Assembly: GCA_903845045.1 (NCBI GenBank)
Contig: CAIMWA010000277.1
Coordinates: 1-57,936 of the forward strand
Direction of reading: 5' to 3'
DNA length: 57,936 nucleotides
Origin: an uncultured delta proteobacterium
GTDB taxonomy: Bacteria > Myxococcota_A > Polyangia > Polyangiales > Ga0077539
This document shows, piece by piece, positions 1 through 8,228 of the stretch (position 1 is its first letter; the number at the start of each line of letters is the position of its first letter). Below the pieces are notes generated by a model. It was not told the origin of the DNA. It searched no databases and worked only from the letters and a program-made list of their open reading frames with translations. The translations under genes and the position numbers were made by a program.

Positions 1-175
1 CGCCGCCGTCGCCGCCGACACCGCCGCCGCCGTCGCCGTCGCCGCCGCCGCCTACGCCGCCGCCGCCGCCGACACCGCCGCCGCCGTCGCCGCGGCGAAA
101 CAGTGCGCTCTCCTTGTGCGGTTGCGCATCCCGTTCCCCGTAATTCATACGCTCTTTAGCCGAGAGGAGGGGTGA
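1..175 (+). CDS. 3' part of the same Ala-rich repeat protein
   Basis: Frame from nt 2 reads AAVAADTAAAVAVAAAAYAAAAADT...KQCALLVRLRIPF...EEG, TGA at 173-175; same GCC/TAC/GAC repeat as the window end. Confidence 0.7.
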   Translation, partial: AAVAADTAAAVAVAAAAYAAAAADTAAAVAAAKQCALLVRLRIPFPVIHTLFSREEG

Positions 176-177
176 GA

Positions 178-690
178 ATGCCCCCGAAGACGTTCGCCGA
201 GAAGCAAGAGGCATGGGACAAACGCTTCCTCGACATGGCGCGGCTCGTCGCGGCGTGGTCGAAAGACCCCTCGACCCAGGTTGGCGCCGTCGTCGTCGAT
301 CCCGACTACCGGGTGCGCGGTATGGGCTACAACGGCTTCCCCGCTGGGATCAAAGACGACGAGCGCTTGCACGACCGACCGGCCAAGCATAAACTCGTCG
401 TCCACGCCGAGACCAACGCCATCGCCACCGCCTGCCGGCACGGCGCGAGCTTCCTCGGCTGCACCCTTTACGTCACGGCGCCGCCCTGCTCTTCCTGCGC
501 TGGCGTCATCATCCAAGCGGGCATCATCCGCGTCGTCTGGTGCGGGGCGTTGCGCGCCGACTGGGCAGAGAGCGAGGCTCTTGCGCGTTCAATGTTTGCC
601 GAGGCTGGGGTCGAGATCGAGGCCGGGGACGGTCGGCACGACGGCGTATGGGGTGCTCTTGAGGCTCCGGGCGAGGGGAGGCGGGCATGA
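178..690 (+). CDS. dCMP deaminase
   Basis: WSKDPSTQVGAVVV, GYNGFP, HAETNAI and PCSSC zinc deaminase motifs; GAGGAGG upstream. Confidence 0.93.
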   Translation: MPPKTFAEKQEAWDKRFLDMARLVAAWSKDPSTQVGAVVVDPDYRVRGMGYNGFPAGIKDDERLHDRPAKHKLVVHAETNAIATACRHGASFLGCTLYVTAPPCSSCAGVIIQAGIIRVVWCGALRADWAESEALARSMFAEAGVEIEAGDGRHDGVWGALEAPGEGRRA

Positions 691-875
691 AGGCGTGTGA
701 CATCGAAACCGCCATGGACGAGGCTGAGCGGTTCGTGGACAGGGCACGTAAAGCCTTGGCAGAGCATGCGGGCGACGCCTTTGGGCTGGCGGCCGGGTCA
801 AAAGCTACGGGCGCCCTCCGGCGGGCAAGCCTAGATCTGACCCGGGCGCTGGCCGACCTGCGCCGAGCGGAATAG
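687..875 (+). CDS. hypothetical phage protein
   Basis: ATGA overlap with previous gene, GGAGG RBS. Confidence 0.7.
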   Translation: MKACDIETAMDEAERFVDRARKALAEHAGDAFGLAAGSKATGALRRASLDLTRALADLRRAE

Positions 876-1046
876 AAAACGCCACCGTATAGCAGCGGTC
901 GGCGGGCCGGGGAAAAGGCGGGACAATCCGCTCGGTTGTGTAGAGTGACGGCGAAAAGCGCAGTACGCACGGACCCGGCAAGCCGCCCCGGCCAACATCA
1001 TTCATGGCGTTTCTGTGCGAAGCGGCGAACGAGGAAAGAGGCTGAA

Positions 1047-2120
1047 ATGGATTTCACGAACGTACACGGCGTCGATCTGCTCGCCGCCTTAGGAAGCGAC
1101 GCTGACGTGTTGGCGTCGATCCCCGAAAAGAACCGCAAAAAAGGCGTCGAGGCCGCAACCAAAGCGCTGGGCTCGATGGTGCGATCCCGGGCGGCCGGCG
1201 CCTTCAAGGCGCTGGTGCTGGGCGACTTGGAAACCTCCCTCGAGACGGCGCTCATGTGCTACGGCGACCGGCCTGCTGGCGACGCTGAAGCTGGCGATTG
1301 GGACGCCGCGGTCGACACGATGGCGGGCGACATTTGGAAGCCGTGGCTCGGCGTCTTGAGCGCGAAGTGGCTGGCCGACCACGGCAAGACCGCGCTGCAC
1401 CTGCCGTCCCAGTGCCATGCCCTGGCTGCCCAGTTTGGCGCCGAGATGTATGACACCGTTGTCGCCCCGCACGCCCCTGCGCTGTTCGCGGCGCTCGGCG
1501 TGACTTCTGAAGCCCTCGCCGCCCACTGCGCCCCGGCCCCCGAGCCCAAAGTCGAGATTGCCGCGCCGACCGCCGCCGAGATCGAAGACGCCGGGCGGAA
1601 GGGCATGGTCCATCTCGTCGCTCTCGCCAAACCCTGGACCGACGAGTACGACGCTTACGAGCAATACACCTTTTTCGAGGGGCTCGTCGCCGGCCCAGAT
1701 CCTGTGTCAGGTACAGCCCCCGACCTCGTACTCAAGTGGGCGAAGTCTGCTGGCCCCGGCGTGACCGGCGACGATATCGCCGCGTGGATGCTGCACGAGT
1801 TTAACGAAGTGCCGTTCGGCGCCCCCGTCCCCGAGCTTCCGAAACAGCCCCTGGCCCCGCCGCCGGTTTCTAAGCGCAGCCGGGCCAAGGCTGACGGCCC
1901 TGATTTTGCGGCCTTCGTCGACCGGATATCAGGACTGTCCATCACTGATCACCAGATGGCTGAAGCCTTCGCTTGCTCCCGGGCGCAGATCAGTAATTTC
2001 CGATCGGGTAAAGCCCGCTGGACGCCGACCGACGAAGTGCGCGAATACGTGGCGAGGCTCTGCGAAGACCGCGCCGCCGGGCTCCAACTGGTGGCCGAGG
2101 AACTGCGGGGGGCCATGTAA
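1047..2120 (+). CDS. hypothetical protein with C-terminal HTH-like segment
   Basis: Start MDFTNV after GAGG; C-terminal ITDHQMAEAFACSRAQISNFRSGK resembles an XRE HTH. Confidence 0.65.
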   Translation: MDFTNVHGVDLLAALGSDADVLASIPEKNRKKGVEAATKALGSMVRSRAAGAFKALVLGDLETSLETALMCYGDRPAGDAEAGDWDAAVDTMAGDIWKPWLGVLSAKWLADHGKTALHLPSQCHALAAQFGAEMYDTVVAPHAPALFAALGVTSEALAAHCAPAPEPKVEIAAPTAAEIEDAGRKGMVHLVALAKPWTDEYDAYEQYTFFEGLVAGPDPVSGTAPDLVLKWAKSAGPGVTGDDIAAWMLHEFNEVPFGAPVPELPKQPLAPPPVSKRSRAKADGPDFAAFVDRISGLSITDHQMAEAFACSRAQISNFRSGKARWTPTDEVREYVARLCEDRAAGLQLVAEELRGAM

Positions 2121-2311
2121 TGGCGTTCCTGACCGAAGACCAAGCGGCGCTGAAATGGTGCCCGAAATCGCCAGCGGACGCGGATAGCGGGGGTTGCATA
2201 GCGAGCGACTGCATGGCCTGGAGGAGCGGTCCTGACGTGTTCCGTGAGACGCCCGGGGGCTGCGAGCGGATACCGAGGGGCTATTGCGGGGCGTTCGGAA
2301 AACCGAGCTAA
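2120..2311 (+). CDS. small Cys-rich hypothetical protein
   Basis: TAATG coupling; KWCP, CIASDCMAWR, GYCG pattern. Confidence 0.7.
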   Translation: MAFLTEDQAALKWCPKSPADADSGGCIASDCMAWRSGPDVFRETPGGCERIPRGYCGAFGKPS

Positions 2312-2315
2312 ACGG

Positions 2316-2855
2316 ATGACCCTCGTCGTCGGCATCGATCCAGGCTTGTCAGGCGCGCTCGCCCTGTGGGATGGCGCCACCCTCGACATCGTCGACATGC
2401 CGACGACAGTCCGCCGTATGTCAAAGAAAGACCGGATCGATCTCGACATGGCCGGCCTCAACGCTATCGTGTGCGGCTTTTGGTCGCGGGGCGTCGGGCT
2501 GGTCGTGATCGAGCGGGTCGGCGGCATCGCAAAACAATCGGCCTCCGCCAGCTTTAATTTCGGCTACGCCTGCGGGCCGCTGGCGATGGCCTGCGTCTGC
2601 CACGGCTTGCGTCATGAGTTGGTGCCGGCGCTGACCTGGAAGGGCTTTATGAGCGTCCGAGGCAAGCGGGCGTCGGCCGTCGGTGGCGAAGCCACAAAGG
2701 CCGAACGCGACACCGCGATCCTTGAGGCTGGGATCGCGGTGTTTGGCCGAAGGCCCGAGTTCCACGGGCCGCGGGGTGGACTGAAGATCGATCGCGTCGA
2801 AGCAGCGTTGATCGCTGAATACGGAAGGCGTCTTATCTTAGGGGGGAAAACATGA
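2316..2855 (+). CDS. RuvC-like Holliday junction resolvase
   Basis: VVGIDPGLSGALA, VVIERV, SASFNFG, VPALTWK, DRVEAALIAEYG. Confidence 0.88.
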   Translation: MTLVVGIDPGLSGALALWDGATLDIVDMPTTVRRMSKKDRIDLDMAGLNAIVCGFWSRGVGLVVIERVGGIAKQSASASFNFGYACGPLAMACVCHGLRHELVPALTWKGFMSVRGKRASAVGGEATKAERDTAILEAGIAVFGRRPEFHGPRGGLKIDRVEAALIAEYGRRLILGGKT

Positions 2856-3541
2856 GCGTTGAATACAAGCCTACCAACCCGAAAGACAGTGTCGGGGTGA
2901 AAAAAGTCCCGTTCTCGACGGTCCCGATGCCAGTCATCGCTGAGGTCGGCCTTGCGATGCTTGAGGGGGCGCGCAAGTACGGCCGCCACAATTACAGAGA
3001 CGGCGGGGTGTTGGCGAGCGTCTACTTTGATGCCGCGCTGCGGCACCTGACGGCGTGGTGGGAGGGCGAAGACCTTGACCCCGAGAGCGGCTTGTCGCAC
3101 ATCACCAAGGCCATCGCTTCGTTGGTGGTGCTGCGCGACGCCATGAGGCAGGGGGTGCTGGTCGACGATCGGCCGCCGGCCTGTTCCGCCGGGTGGGTGG
3201 AGCGCTTGAACGCGAAGGCTGCGGAGATCGTCGAGCGCTACCCGGACGCCAAACCCCCCTACACACAGGCCGCGTGCAAGAGTCCGTGGACGCCAGCGCA
3301 AGAGCAGGCGATGCTCGACGCCTTCGAAGAGGGCCGGGAGTTTGAAATCGCTGAGCGTGCACGTGTCGACCGTGCTTTCAGCCCCACTATGGACGCTGCG
3401 CGCCCGGCCTCCCCAGTGTCGCCGACCTCAGAGTTGTCAGCGGGCCAGCGTTTCGAGACCGAGGCGTTGAAGCCTGCGGCCAACGCCTCTTTTGTCGGCG
3501 GCGATGAGTGCGGAACTCCGATGTGCCGCGCGGAGGCATGA
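2852..3541 (+). CDS. dATP/dGTP diphosphohydrolase domain protein (DUF5664-like)
   Basis: NPKDSVGVKK, GARKYGRHNYR, YFDAALRHLTAWWEGEDLDPESGLSHI. Confidence 0.85.
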   Translation: MSVEYKPTNPKDSVGVKKVPFSTVPMPVIAEVGLAMLEGARKYGRHNYRDGGVLASVYFDAALRHLTAWWEGEDLDPESGLSHITKAIASLVVLRDAMRQGVLVDDRPPACSAGWVERLNAKAAEIVERYPDAKPPYTQAACKSPWTPAQEQAMLDAFEEGREFEIAERARVDRAFSPTMDAARPASPVSPTSELSAGQRFETEALKPAANASFVGGDECGTPMCRAEA

Positions 3542-3542
3542 C

Positions 3543-3848
3543 ATGGGCCGCGCGACGGAGGCTGACCTCTCGAGCCTTGAGTTGACCTTGTCGGACCTCG
3601 CCGAAAAGTACGGGGTGTGCATGTGGACGGCAGGGCATTGGCGTCGGGCGTGGAAGCGAGAGAAAAATCTGGATCGCGCGTATCGGCGCGTAGACGACGC
3701 AGCGCTGAAAGCGCTTCACGCCAAAGGCAAATCTGACGGAGAGATAGGGCGGATTTTAGGGCACGCCAGCGGCACCATACGCCACGCGCGTAAGCGGCTC
3801 GGCCTGCCGCCGCACTTCGCTCCGGGGACACGACGCGCTAAAGCCTGA
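3543..3848 (+). CDS. HTH DNA-binding protein
   Basis: Two HTH-like segments (LSDLAEKYGV; GKSDGEIGRILG...IRHARKRLGL); GGAGG upstream. Confidence 0.65.
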   Translation: MGRATEADLSSLELTLSDLAEKYGVCMWTAGHWRRAWKREKNLDRAYRRVDDAALKALHAKGKSDGEIGRILGHASGTIRHARKRLGLPPHFAPGTRRAKA

Positions 3849-3858
3849 ACACTAAACC

Positions 3859-4107
3859 ATGGGGGTGGTAATGTTTGGTCTACCGGTATCCGCGAACTCT
3901 AATCCAGTCATCGTGCACTTGAGCCCGCGCGCTCACACAGTCCTCGCCGACGGCGTTCCGCTGTTGACTGTGGCGCCCGGTGTATCACGGGCGTATGCGG
4001 CCACGGCCAGCGCTCTCGTCCTCGAGATGCTGCACTCCCGGCCCGACGTGGCCGCCGCGCTAGCCGCCCTGGCCGTCCTGTCTGCGCAAAGCCGCGCCCA
4101 CGGATGA
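3859..4107 (+). CDS. hypothetical protein
   Basis: Fills gap; ATGA overlap with helicase. Confidence 0.5.
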   Translation: MGVVMFGLPVSANSNPVIVHLSPRAHTVLADGVPLLTVAPGVSRAYAATASALVLEMLHSRPDVAAALAALAVLSAQSRAHG

Positions 4108-5456
4108 ACCTTATGCCGCACCAGGAGGCCGGCGCAGAGTGGCTCGCGCCGCGCCTCCGGGCCGGGCTTTTCGACGAAATGGGCGTCGGGAAGACAGCAA
4201 CCCTAGTCCGCACCATCAACTTGATCGCCGGGCAACGCGGTGTCGTTATTTGCCCGGCGATGCTGAGGGAAAACTTTATCAAAGAGTTCCGCCAGTTTTC
4301 GGCCTACCCGCTGAAACTGTGCAAAGGGCGCGACATTCACGACTATTCTGCGTGGAGCAAAGGTGTGTTTGACGTGCTTGTGACATCGTACGAGCAAGCG
4401 ACAAGGTGGTGGCCGCATTTCCGCAACACAAAACAGCGGCTAGATTTCGTCGCGATGGACGAAGCCCACTATCTGAAAAACGCTGAGGCCAAGCGGTCGA
4501 AGGCTATCCTCGGTTATCAGGCGAACGGAGAACACGGATGGGTGTCGAGGGCAGATCAGGCGTGGTGGCTGACGGGGACGCCGATCCCGAACGATCCGAT
4601 GGATTGCTATACTTTTCTGAGATTTGCTGGGGTCATGCCGCTAACTCCAGCGCAATTTTGCAACAGGTACTTCCAATCAGAAGACACACGGTACGGCACA
4701 AGGAATGTCGTTCGGCCAGAATGCGCGGGAGAATTGCGAGCCCTCCTAGAGAACAACTCGATTCGCAGAACAAAGAAAGAAGTTGGGCTTAATCTTCCGC
4801 CCATTTTCTTGACTGAGGTCATCGTTGATGGCGACACGACAGAGGTTACAAAACTCGTTCGGGCGCATGAGGGCTTGGAGGCTGCGATCGTCGAAGCCCT
4901 TGAGCAAGGCGGATTGTCTTTTCTTGATGCGCAACACATCGCGACACTCCGCAGGCTTATCGGCGAGGCGAAAGCCGTCCCCTACGCCCACATGCTCGTC
5001 GAAGAGCTACAGCAAACGACGGAGAAGAAAGTCGTCTTCGGGGTCCATATCGCTGCGCTGTCCACTGTCGCGAGTATTTTACATCGCGCGGGCGTCGGGT
5101 ACGTTCACGTTCAGGGGAGTACCTCTGAAGCGGGACGCCAAGCAGCCATCAAAGCGTTTCAGAACGAACCGAACTGCCGGGTGTTCCTCGGCAACATGAA
5201 GGTGGCGGGCGCAGGCACAACACTAACAGCGGCCTGTGAACTCGACGTGCTAGAAAGCGAATGGTCGCCGGGCGTAAACGCGCAGGCGTTAATGAGGGTC
5301 CACAGGATCGGCCAAACACGCACAGTGCGCGGGCGGTTTATCTCGTTGGCTGACACCTTGGACGAAACAGTCACGGCGATTGTCTGCCGCAAGGTCGCAG
5401 CGATCGCCGAGGTCGAGGGGTTTGAAATGTCGGCCGCCCCTACGATTGCATCTTGA
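4104..5456 (+). CDS. SNF2-family (SF2) helicase
   Basis: DEMGVGKT Walker A, DEAH, LTGTPIPN, QALMRVHRIGQ. Confidence 0.93.
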   Translation: MNLMPHQEAGAEWLAPRLRAGLFDEMGVGKTATLVRTINLIAGQRGVVICPAMLRENFIKEFRQFSAYPLKLCKGRDIHDYSAWSKGVFDVLVTSYEQATRWWPHFRNTKQRLDFVAMDEAHYLKNAEAKRSKAILGYQANGEHGWVSRADQAWWLTGTPIPNDPMDCYTFLRFAGVMPLTPAQFCNRYFQSEDTRYGTRNVVRPECAGELRALLENNSIRRTKKEVGLNLPPIFLTEVIVDGDTTEVTKLVRAHEGLEAAIVEALEQGGLSFLDAQHIATLRRLIGEAKAVPYAHMLVEELQQTTEKKVVFGVHIAALSTVASILHRAGVGYVHVQGSTSEAGRQAAIKAFQNEPNCRVFLGNMKVAGAGTTLTAACELDVLESEWSPGVNAQALMRVHRIGQTRTVRGRFISLADTLDETVTAIVCRKVAAIAEVEGFEMSAAPTIAS

Positions 5457-5508
5457 CAGGCCGGCGTTAAGTTTCGTAAGAAGTTCACACAAACCGAGCG
5501 GAGTTTCC

Positions 5509-5976
5509 ATGTCCACCTTCACGTTTTCCACCCAGGATCACGTCCTGGCCCAAATCCTCACCAAGGTCATCGGCGCCCACTACGACGCGGCCCAAGAGCG
5601 GCATGACGAACTGCGGGGCGTCCCCGCGTCCCCGGTCGCCCGGGCGCCGGCTGATGTCGCCGTCGCCGCCCCCGTCACCCAGGCGGTTCCGCCGCCGGCC
5701 GCTGCCGACGTTGTGCCCCCGCCCCCGCCGGCCGCCGTTGCACCCCCGCCGGCCGCCGCCTCCCCCGTCAATCCGCCCGCCTCAACTGGCGCTTCGAGCA
5801 GCCAGCTCGTCGCAGCTTTCGGCGGCTATAACAAGAAGAACGGCGTCGAAGCCGGCAAGGCCCGGCTGCTCCAGTTCTTCGAGCACCACCAACTCGCGCT
5901 GGGCGCCGCCGGCAAGCCGTCGATCCCCGGCGTTCCCGAAGCGCTGTACGGCACCTTCCTGTCTTGGTTCGCGTAA
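5509..5976 (+). CDS. Pro/Ala-rich hypothetical protein
   Basis: GGAG RBS before MSTFTF; typical position upstream of DUF2800/DUF2815. Confidence 0.7.
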   Translation: MSTFTFSTQDHVLAQILTKVIGAHYDAAQERHDELRGVPASPVARAPADVAVAAPVTQAVPPPAAADVVPPPPPAAVAPPPAAASPVNPPASTGASSSQLVAAFGGYNKKNGVEAGKARLLQFFEHHQLALGAAGKPSIPGVPEALYGTFLSWFA

Positions 5977-7242
5977 GTGGCGGCCGAAGGGCACGCGCCG
6001 TTTTCCGCCAGTTCAGCGGATCGGCGCGCCCTTTGTCCGGGGTCATGGAGGGCTGAGCAGGAAGCGCCAGCAAAGCCCTCCAGCGCCTACGCCGACGAAG
6101 GGACTGCCGCTCACACCGTCCTTGAGTCCCATCTAGGGCAGGGCCTCCGCGCTGTCGAGGCCCGGCTGTGCCGGCACCTGGACGTTCCTGACGACATGCT
6201 GCCGGCGGTCCAGGTTGCTCTCGACTACGTGTACGGCGTTCTCGGCGCCGAGCCCGGCGCTCGGTTGCTGATCGAACAGCGGGTTCAGTTCCCGTCGGCC
6301 TACGCCCCCGACGACGTTTGGGGGACGCTGGACATCGGCATCTGGTCCACTGACGGCAAGCGCCTGTGGGTGGCCGACTACAAGCACGGTGCGGGCATCG
6401 TCGTTGATATCGTCGAGAACCGCCAGCTTATCCAGTACGCGGCGAGCCTCGTGCTGGGCAGTTACGGTTCGGTGCTGCCCGAGGTCATCACCCTGGTCAT
6501 TGTCCAGCCGCGGGCGTTCGGGAGCGATCCGATCCGCGAGTGGACGATCGACCTTGAGACGTTGCTCGACCGGGCGTACCGGTTGGAGATGGAGATCAAG
6601 GCGTGCCTTGAGCCGTCGCCGCTGCTGGTTCCGGGGGAAAAGCAATGCCGGTTTTGCGGGGCACGCCCCGGCTGCCCGGCGATCGAACGCAAGGCGCTGG
6701 CCGTGGCCGGCGAGGCGTTTAAGGGCGTGAAGGACTTGAAGACTGTGGCGCTTCCCGCCCCGTCGTCCTTCGGCCCCGAGCGCATCGCTGATATCCTCGC
6801 CGTGCGCGATCTCGCAATCGACTGGTTCACGGCGGTGTCCGAGTACGCAGCAGCGCAAGCCAAGGCCGGGGTCGTGATCCCAGGCTGGAAGCTGGTCGCG
6901 GGCAACAGCCGGCGGCGATGGGACCAAGCGCCCGAAGTCACGGCGGGCAACATTATCGCCTTGAGCGACGGCGCGCTGACCGAGGACGACGTTCGCCCTC
7001 GCGGGCTGGTCGGCCTCGGCGACGCCGAGCGCCTGCTGAAAACAGCATATGCAGCCAAGCATCCGAGTCTCAAGGCAAAGGAAGTGGCTGAAAAAGTTAC
7101 CACTGACATGGCTTTCCTCACCGTCAAAGAGGCGAGTTCGTCGGTGTCTCTAGTTCCGGCCAGTGACAGGCGGCCGGAAGTCCGCGCGACTGTGGACGCA
7201 TTCAAGTCTGTCGTCGCAATCCCCTCCGAAGTGAAGGAATGA
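5977..7242 (+). CDS. DUF2800 PD-(D/E)xK (Cas4-like) exonuclease
   Basis: HAPFSASS...CPGS, EGTAAH, WGTLD, DYKHGAG, QCRFC...CPA, PGWKLV. Confidence 0.9.
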   Translation: MAAEGHAPFSASSADRRALCPGSWRAEQEAPAKPSSAYADEGTAAHTVLESHLGQGLRAVEARLCRHLDVPDDMLPAVQVALDYVYGVLGAEPGARLLIEQRVQFPSAYAPDDVWGTLDIGIWSTDGKRLWVADYKHGAGIVVDIVENRQLIQYAASLVLGSYGSVLPEVITLVIVQPRAFGSDPIREWTIDLETLLDRAYRLEMEIKACLEPSPLLVPGEKQCRFCGARPGCPAIERKALAVAGEAFKGVKDLKTVALPAPSSFGPERIADILAVRDLAIDWFTAVSEYAAAQAKAGVVIPGWKLVAGNSRRRWDQAPEVTAGNIIALSDGALTEDDVRPRGLVGLGDAERLLKTAYAAKHPSLKAKEVAEKVTTDMAFLTVKEASSSVSLVPASDRRPEVRATVDAFKSVVAIPSEVKE

Positions 7243-8063
7243 AGATGTCGAGCATTATGAGGGACAGCCAAGTTACCGACGATTGGCTGCGTCAAGTCAT
7301 CGCCGCCAATCCGCCCACACGCCAGCCTGACACGACAGGCAAGACGCCCGGTTGCATCACGACCGGCCCCGTGCGACTGGCGTTTTGCGAGCACCCGATC
7401 GGCGGCTTGCTGCGGCCGAACGCTCCGAAGCCCGACCAGTCGGGCAAGGTCAAGAACCCGAATTTCAACACCTCGGTGCTGTTCCCGCCGGGTTTGGATT
7501 TCACCCCGATCGTCGGCCTCTACAACGAAGCCCTCCAGAAGTGGTGGAGTGACAAGTACGACGCGGGCACCCGTGAATACCTCGGCCTGCACAGCCCGTT
7601 TCGCGACCAGAAGGAAAAGGCGGAGTACAAGGGGTACACGCCGGGCGGCATCCTCATGCAATGCTCGTCGCAGTTCAAGCCGACTGTCGTCGACTCCGCG
7701 ATGAACCCGATCGTCGACGAGACCCAGCTTTACGCCGGCATCTGGGCGATCTTGTTGCTCAACGTCTATGCCTATGGCCGCAACCCGCCGCAGCCCAAAA
7801 AGGGCATCGGCTTCGGTCTCCAGGCCGTCATGAAGCTGGACAACGACACGAAACTCGGCGGCGGCGGCGCGGTCGACGCGAAGACAGCGTTCGGCGGCGT
7901 CAACGTCGTGGCGCCCACTGTCAACCCGGCTTCTCTGTTCGGCGCGGCCGGTGGCGCCCCGCCCCCGCCGCCCGCACAACAGGCTCCGAGCCCGTGCTTC
8001 GTCTGCGGGTCGCCGATGGCGGCCGGCGCGGCGGTGTGCGGCGTCTGCGGCTCTCCGCGTTGA
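7239..8063 (+). CDS. DUF2815 ssDNA-binding protein with C-terminal zinc ribbon
   Basis: GPVRLAF, SPFRD, KPTVVD, YAG, KKGIGFGLQAVMK; located between DUF2800 and polymerase. Confidence 0.85.
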   Translation: MKMSSIMRDSQVTDDWLRQVIAANPPTRQPDTTGKTPGCITTGPVRLAFCEHPIGGLLRPNAPKPDQSGKVKNPNFNTSVLFPPGLDFTPIVGLYNEALQKWWSDKYDAGTREYLGLHSPFRDQKEKAEYKGYTPGGILMQCSSQFKPTVVDSAMNPIVDETQLYAGIWAILLLNVYAYGRNPPQPKKGIGFGLQAVMKLDNDTKLGGGGAVDAKTAFGGVNVVAPTVNPASLFGAAGGAPPPPPAQQAPSPCFVCGSPMAAGAAVCGVCGSPR

Positions 8064-8228
8064 GAGGCCGCGGGTACGGCAGCGAGGCGGCGTTTCTCCC
8101 GCCGCTTCGTCTTCGCCAGCGGGCTGTGCGCTTGCTTGTAAGCGCGCAGGTCGCACGAGCCCTGCGGTCCGAGCAGCACCGCGATCCGAAGTACCGCCAG
8201 GTCGGTCGACCAAAGCCCTAGGGGAGAG

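Noticed and set aside
2852-3541. 2-aminoadenine (Z) genome
   Set aside because: No PurZ-like synthetase recognised in the window.
5977-7242. Cas4-like nuclease as sign of a CRISPR system
   Set aside because: No repeat-spacer array or other cas genes; standard DUF2800 replication-module gene.
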